Of a stretch of 64,000 bases of DNA, positions 63,101 to 64,000 are shown piece after piece; positions within the stretch are counted from its first letter, which is position 1; the number at the start of each line of letters is the position of its first letter. Source of the stretch: Macrostomum lignano (Eukaryota); contig NIVC01000412.1 in assembly GCA_002269645.1 (NCBI GenBank), positions 620,001 through 684,000 on the forward strand. Reading direction: 5' to 3'. The position numbers were made by a program, and so were the translations under genes. The notes under the pieces were generated by a model, which saw only the letters and a program-made list of their open reading frames with translations, was not told where the DNA came from and ran no database searches.

Positions 63101-63140
63101 TCAGGAACACACTAACACACAGCTGTACACAGCAGCCCTA
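60121..63140. repeat. 45 bp minisatellite, ~67 copies, intron of innexin 2
   Basis: Unit CCCTGTCTACTCAGGCACACACTAACACACAGCTGTACACAGCAG; explains the 1063 and 1052 aa pseudo-ORFs. Confidence 0.97.
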
Positions 63141-63769
63141 TCACGCACTTATGCTCTCTGGCAGTCGAATCGTGATCTTTTGCTTAAAGCAATTTCGGAT
63201 TTTTTGTAACAATAAACTCGATCAACTGGATTACTTGAAGTAGAGAAGAAAGGACATTTATTTTAATTTGATTGATAAATAAGTTAAAAACGAATTAAGC
63301 TTCGCACACTTTCACCTGGCCGCGAGTCGCTATTTCTCGCGCTCACCTACAATGGCTAACTAGCCCAGTGTTCGGTTGCCGGGAGGGACATAAAATGAAA
63401 GAAACAGTAGTTCGTGACGAATTGAATTCAAGAGAAGCCGTAAAAACTGTTTCTTTCTGGCAGCTCCCAAAGCCTCTTTAAGAGAATTGTCCTCTCCGGC
63501 CTTTAGGTTGCATGTTTGAGGCTAATTGCTTTGGCCGATCGTTTTGTTGAAGAAATAATTATCAGGAAGGGGTCGGAAACAATTTTTAGCATTTGCTGCG
63601 TTGATTGTGTCTAAAGCCGTTTGGTCAGGTTAATTAAAACACATTTAATATAACGGTAAATAAGGTTACTTTTTAGGTCGTAATTAGGTCTATCAGGGTC
63701 TAGTAGATAATATACAGTCTGTTAGATCTAGTAATGTAGATACTGTAGGCAGACCTTGAGGGGTCTGGT

Positions 63770-64000
63770 AGGTTTTGTGGGTCTGGCAAGTCTAGTGTGT
63801 CTGGTCTAGTGGGTCTGGTAGGTCTAGTGGGTCTGGTAGGTCTAGTGGGTCTGGTAGGTCTAGTGGGTCTGGTAGGTCAAGTGGGTCTGACAGGTCTAGT
63901 GGGTCTGGTAGGTCTGGAGGGTCTGGTAGATCTAGTGTGTCTGGTAGGTCTAGTGGGTCTAGTGGGTCTGGTAGGTCTGGCAGGTCTGGTAGGTCTGGTA
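63770..64000. repeat. ~18 bp minisatellite running off the window end
   Basis: Unit GGTCTAGTGGGTCTGGTA. Confidence 0.88.

Noticed and set aside
33831-63140. CRISPR-like appearance of the 21-45 bp repeats
   Set aside because: Head-to-tail units with no unique spacers, no cas genes, eukaryotic context.
60018-63243. 1063 aa and 1052 aa ORFs
   Set aside because: Translations of a stop-free 45 bp array lying antisense within an innexin intron; open in several frames, with no domain.

Overview
Eukaryotic, intron-containing invertebrate DNA. Innexins, GC-rich exons and minisatellite-filled introns suggest a free-living flatworm such as Macrostomum, but this is an inference. Contents: (1) the 3' part of an RNF213/mysterin-like giant AAA+ ATPase gene, mostly one ~10.8 kb exon (346-11153) broken by at least 6 frameshifts clustered over the AAA region, plus two downstream exons I reconstructed (13143-13808, 14989-15051); (2) a dead Ty3/Gypsy LTR retrotransposon on the minus strand (16908-21700) with ~197 bp LTRs, ATAG target-site duplication (TSD), tRNA-Leu primer-binding site and a GGGAAAC -1 frameshift signal; (3) a 5-exon secreted F-type lectin with three tandem fucolectin domains (22886-25596, ~457 aa); (4) three copies of a tRNA-derived SINE and several MITE-like relics; (5) a 9-exon RRBP1/kinectin-like membrane-anchored coiled-coil gene (33166-42617) with a 17x42 bp coding repeat; (6) a complete 4-exon innexin (46561-54869, minus, ~445 aa) and the last exon of a second innexin (59639-60047). 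About 16 micro- and minisatellite arrays fill most large introns. Most long ORFs in the supplied track after 13.8 kb are repeat artefacts. The most striking unexplained structure is a pair of mutually complementary minisatellite arrays in introns 1 and 3 of the innexin, flanking exons 2-3.
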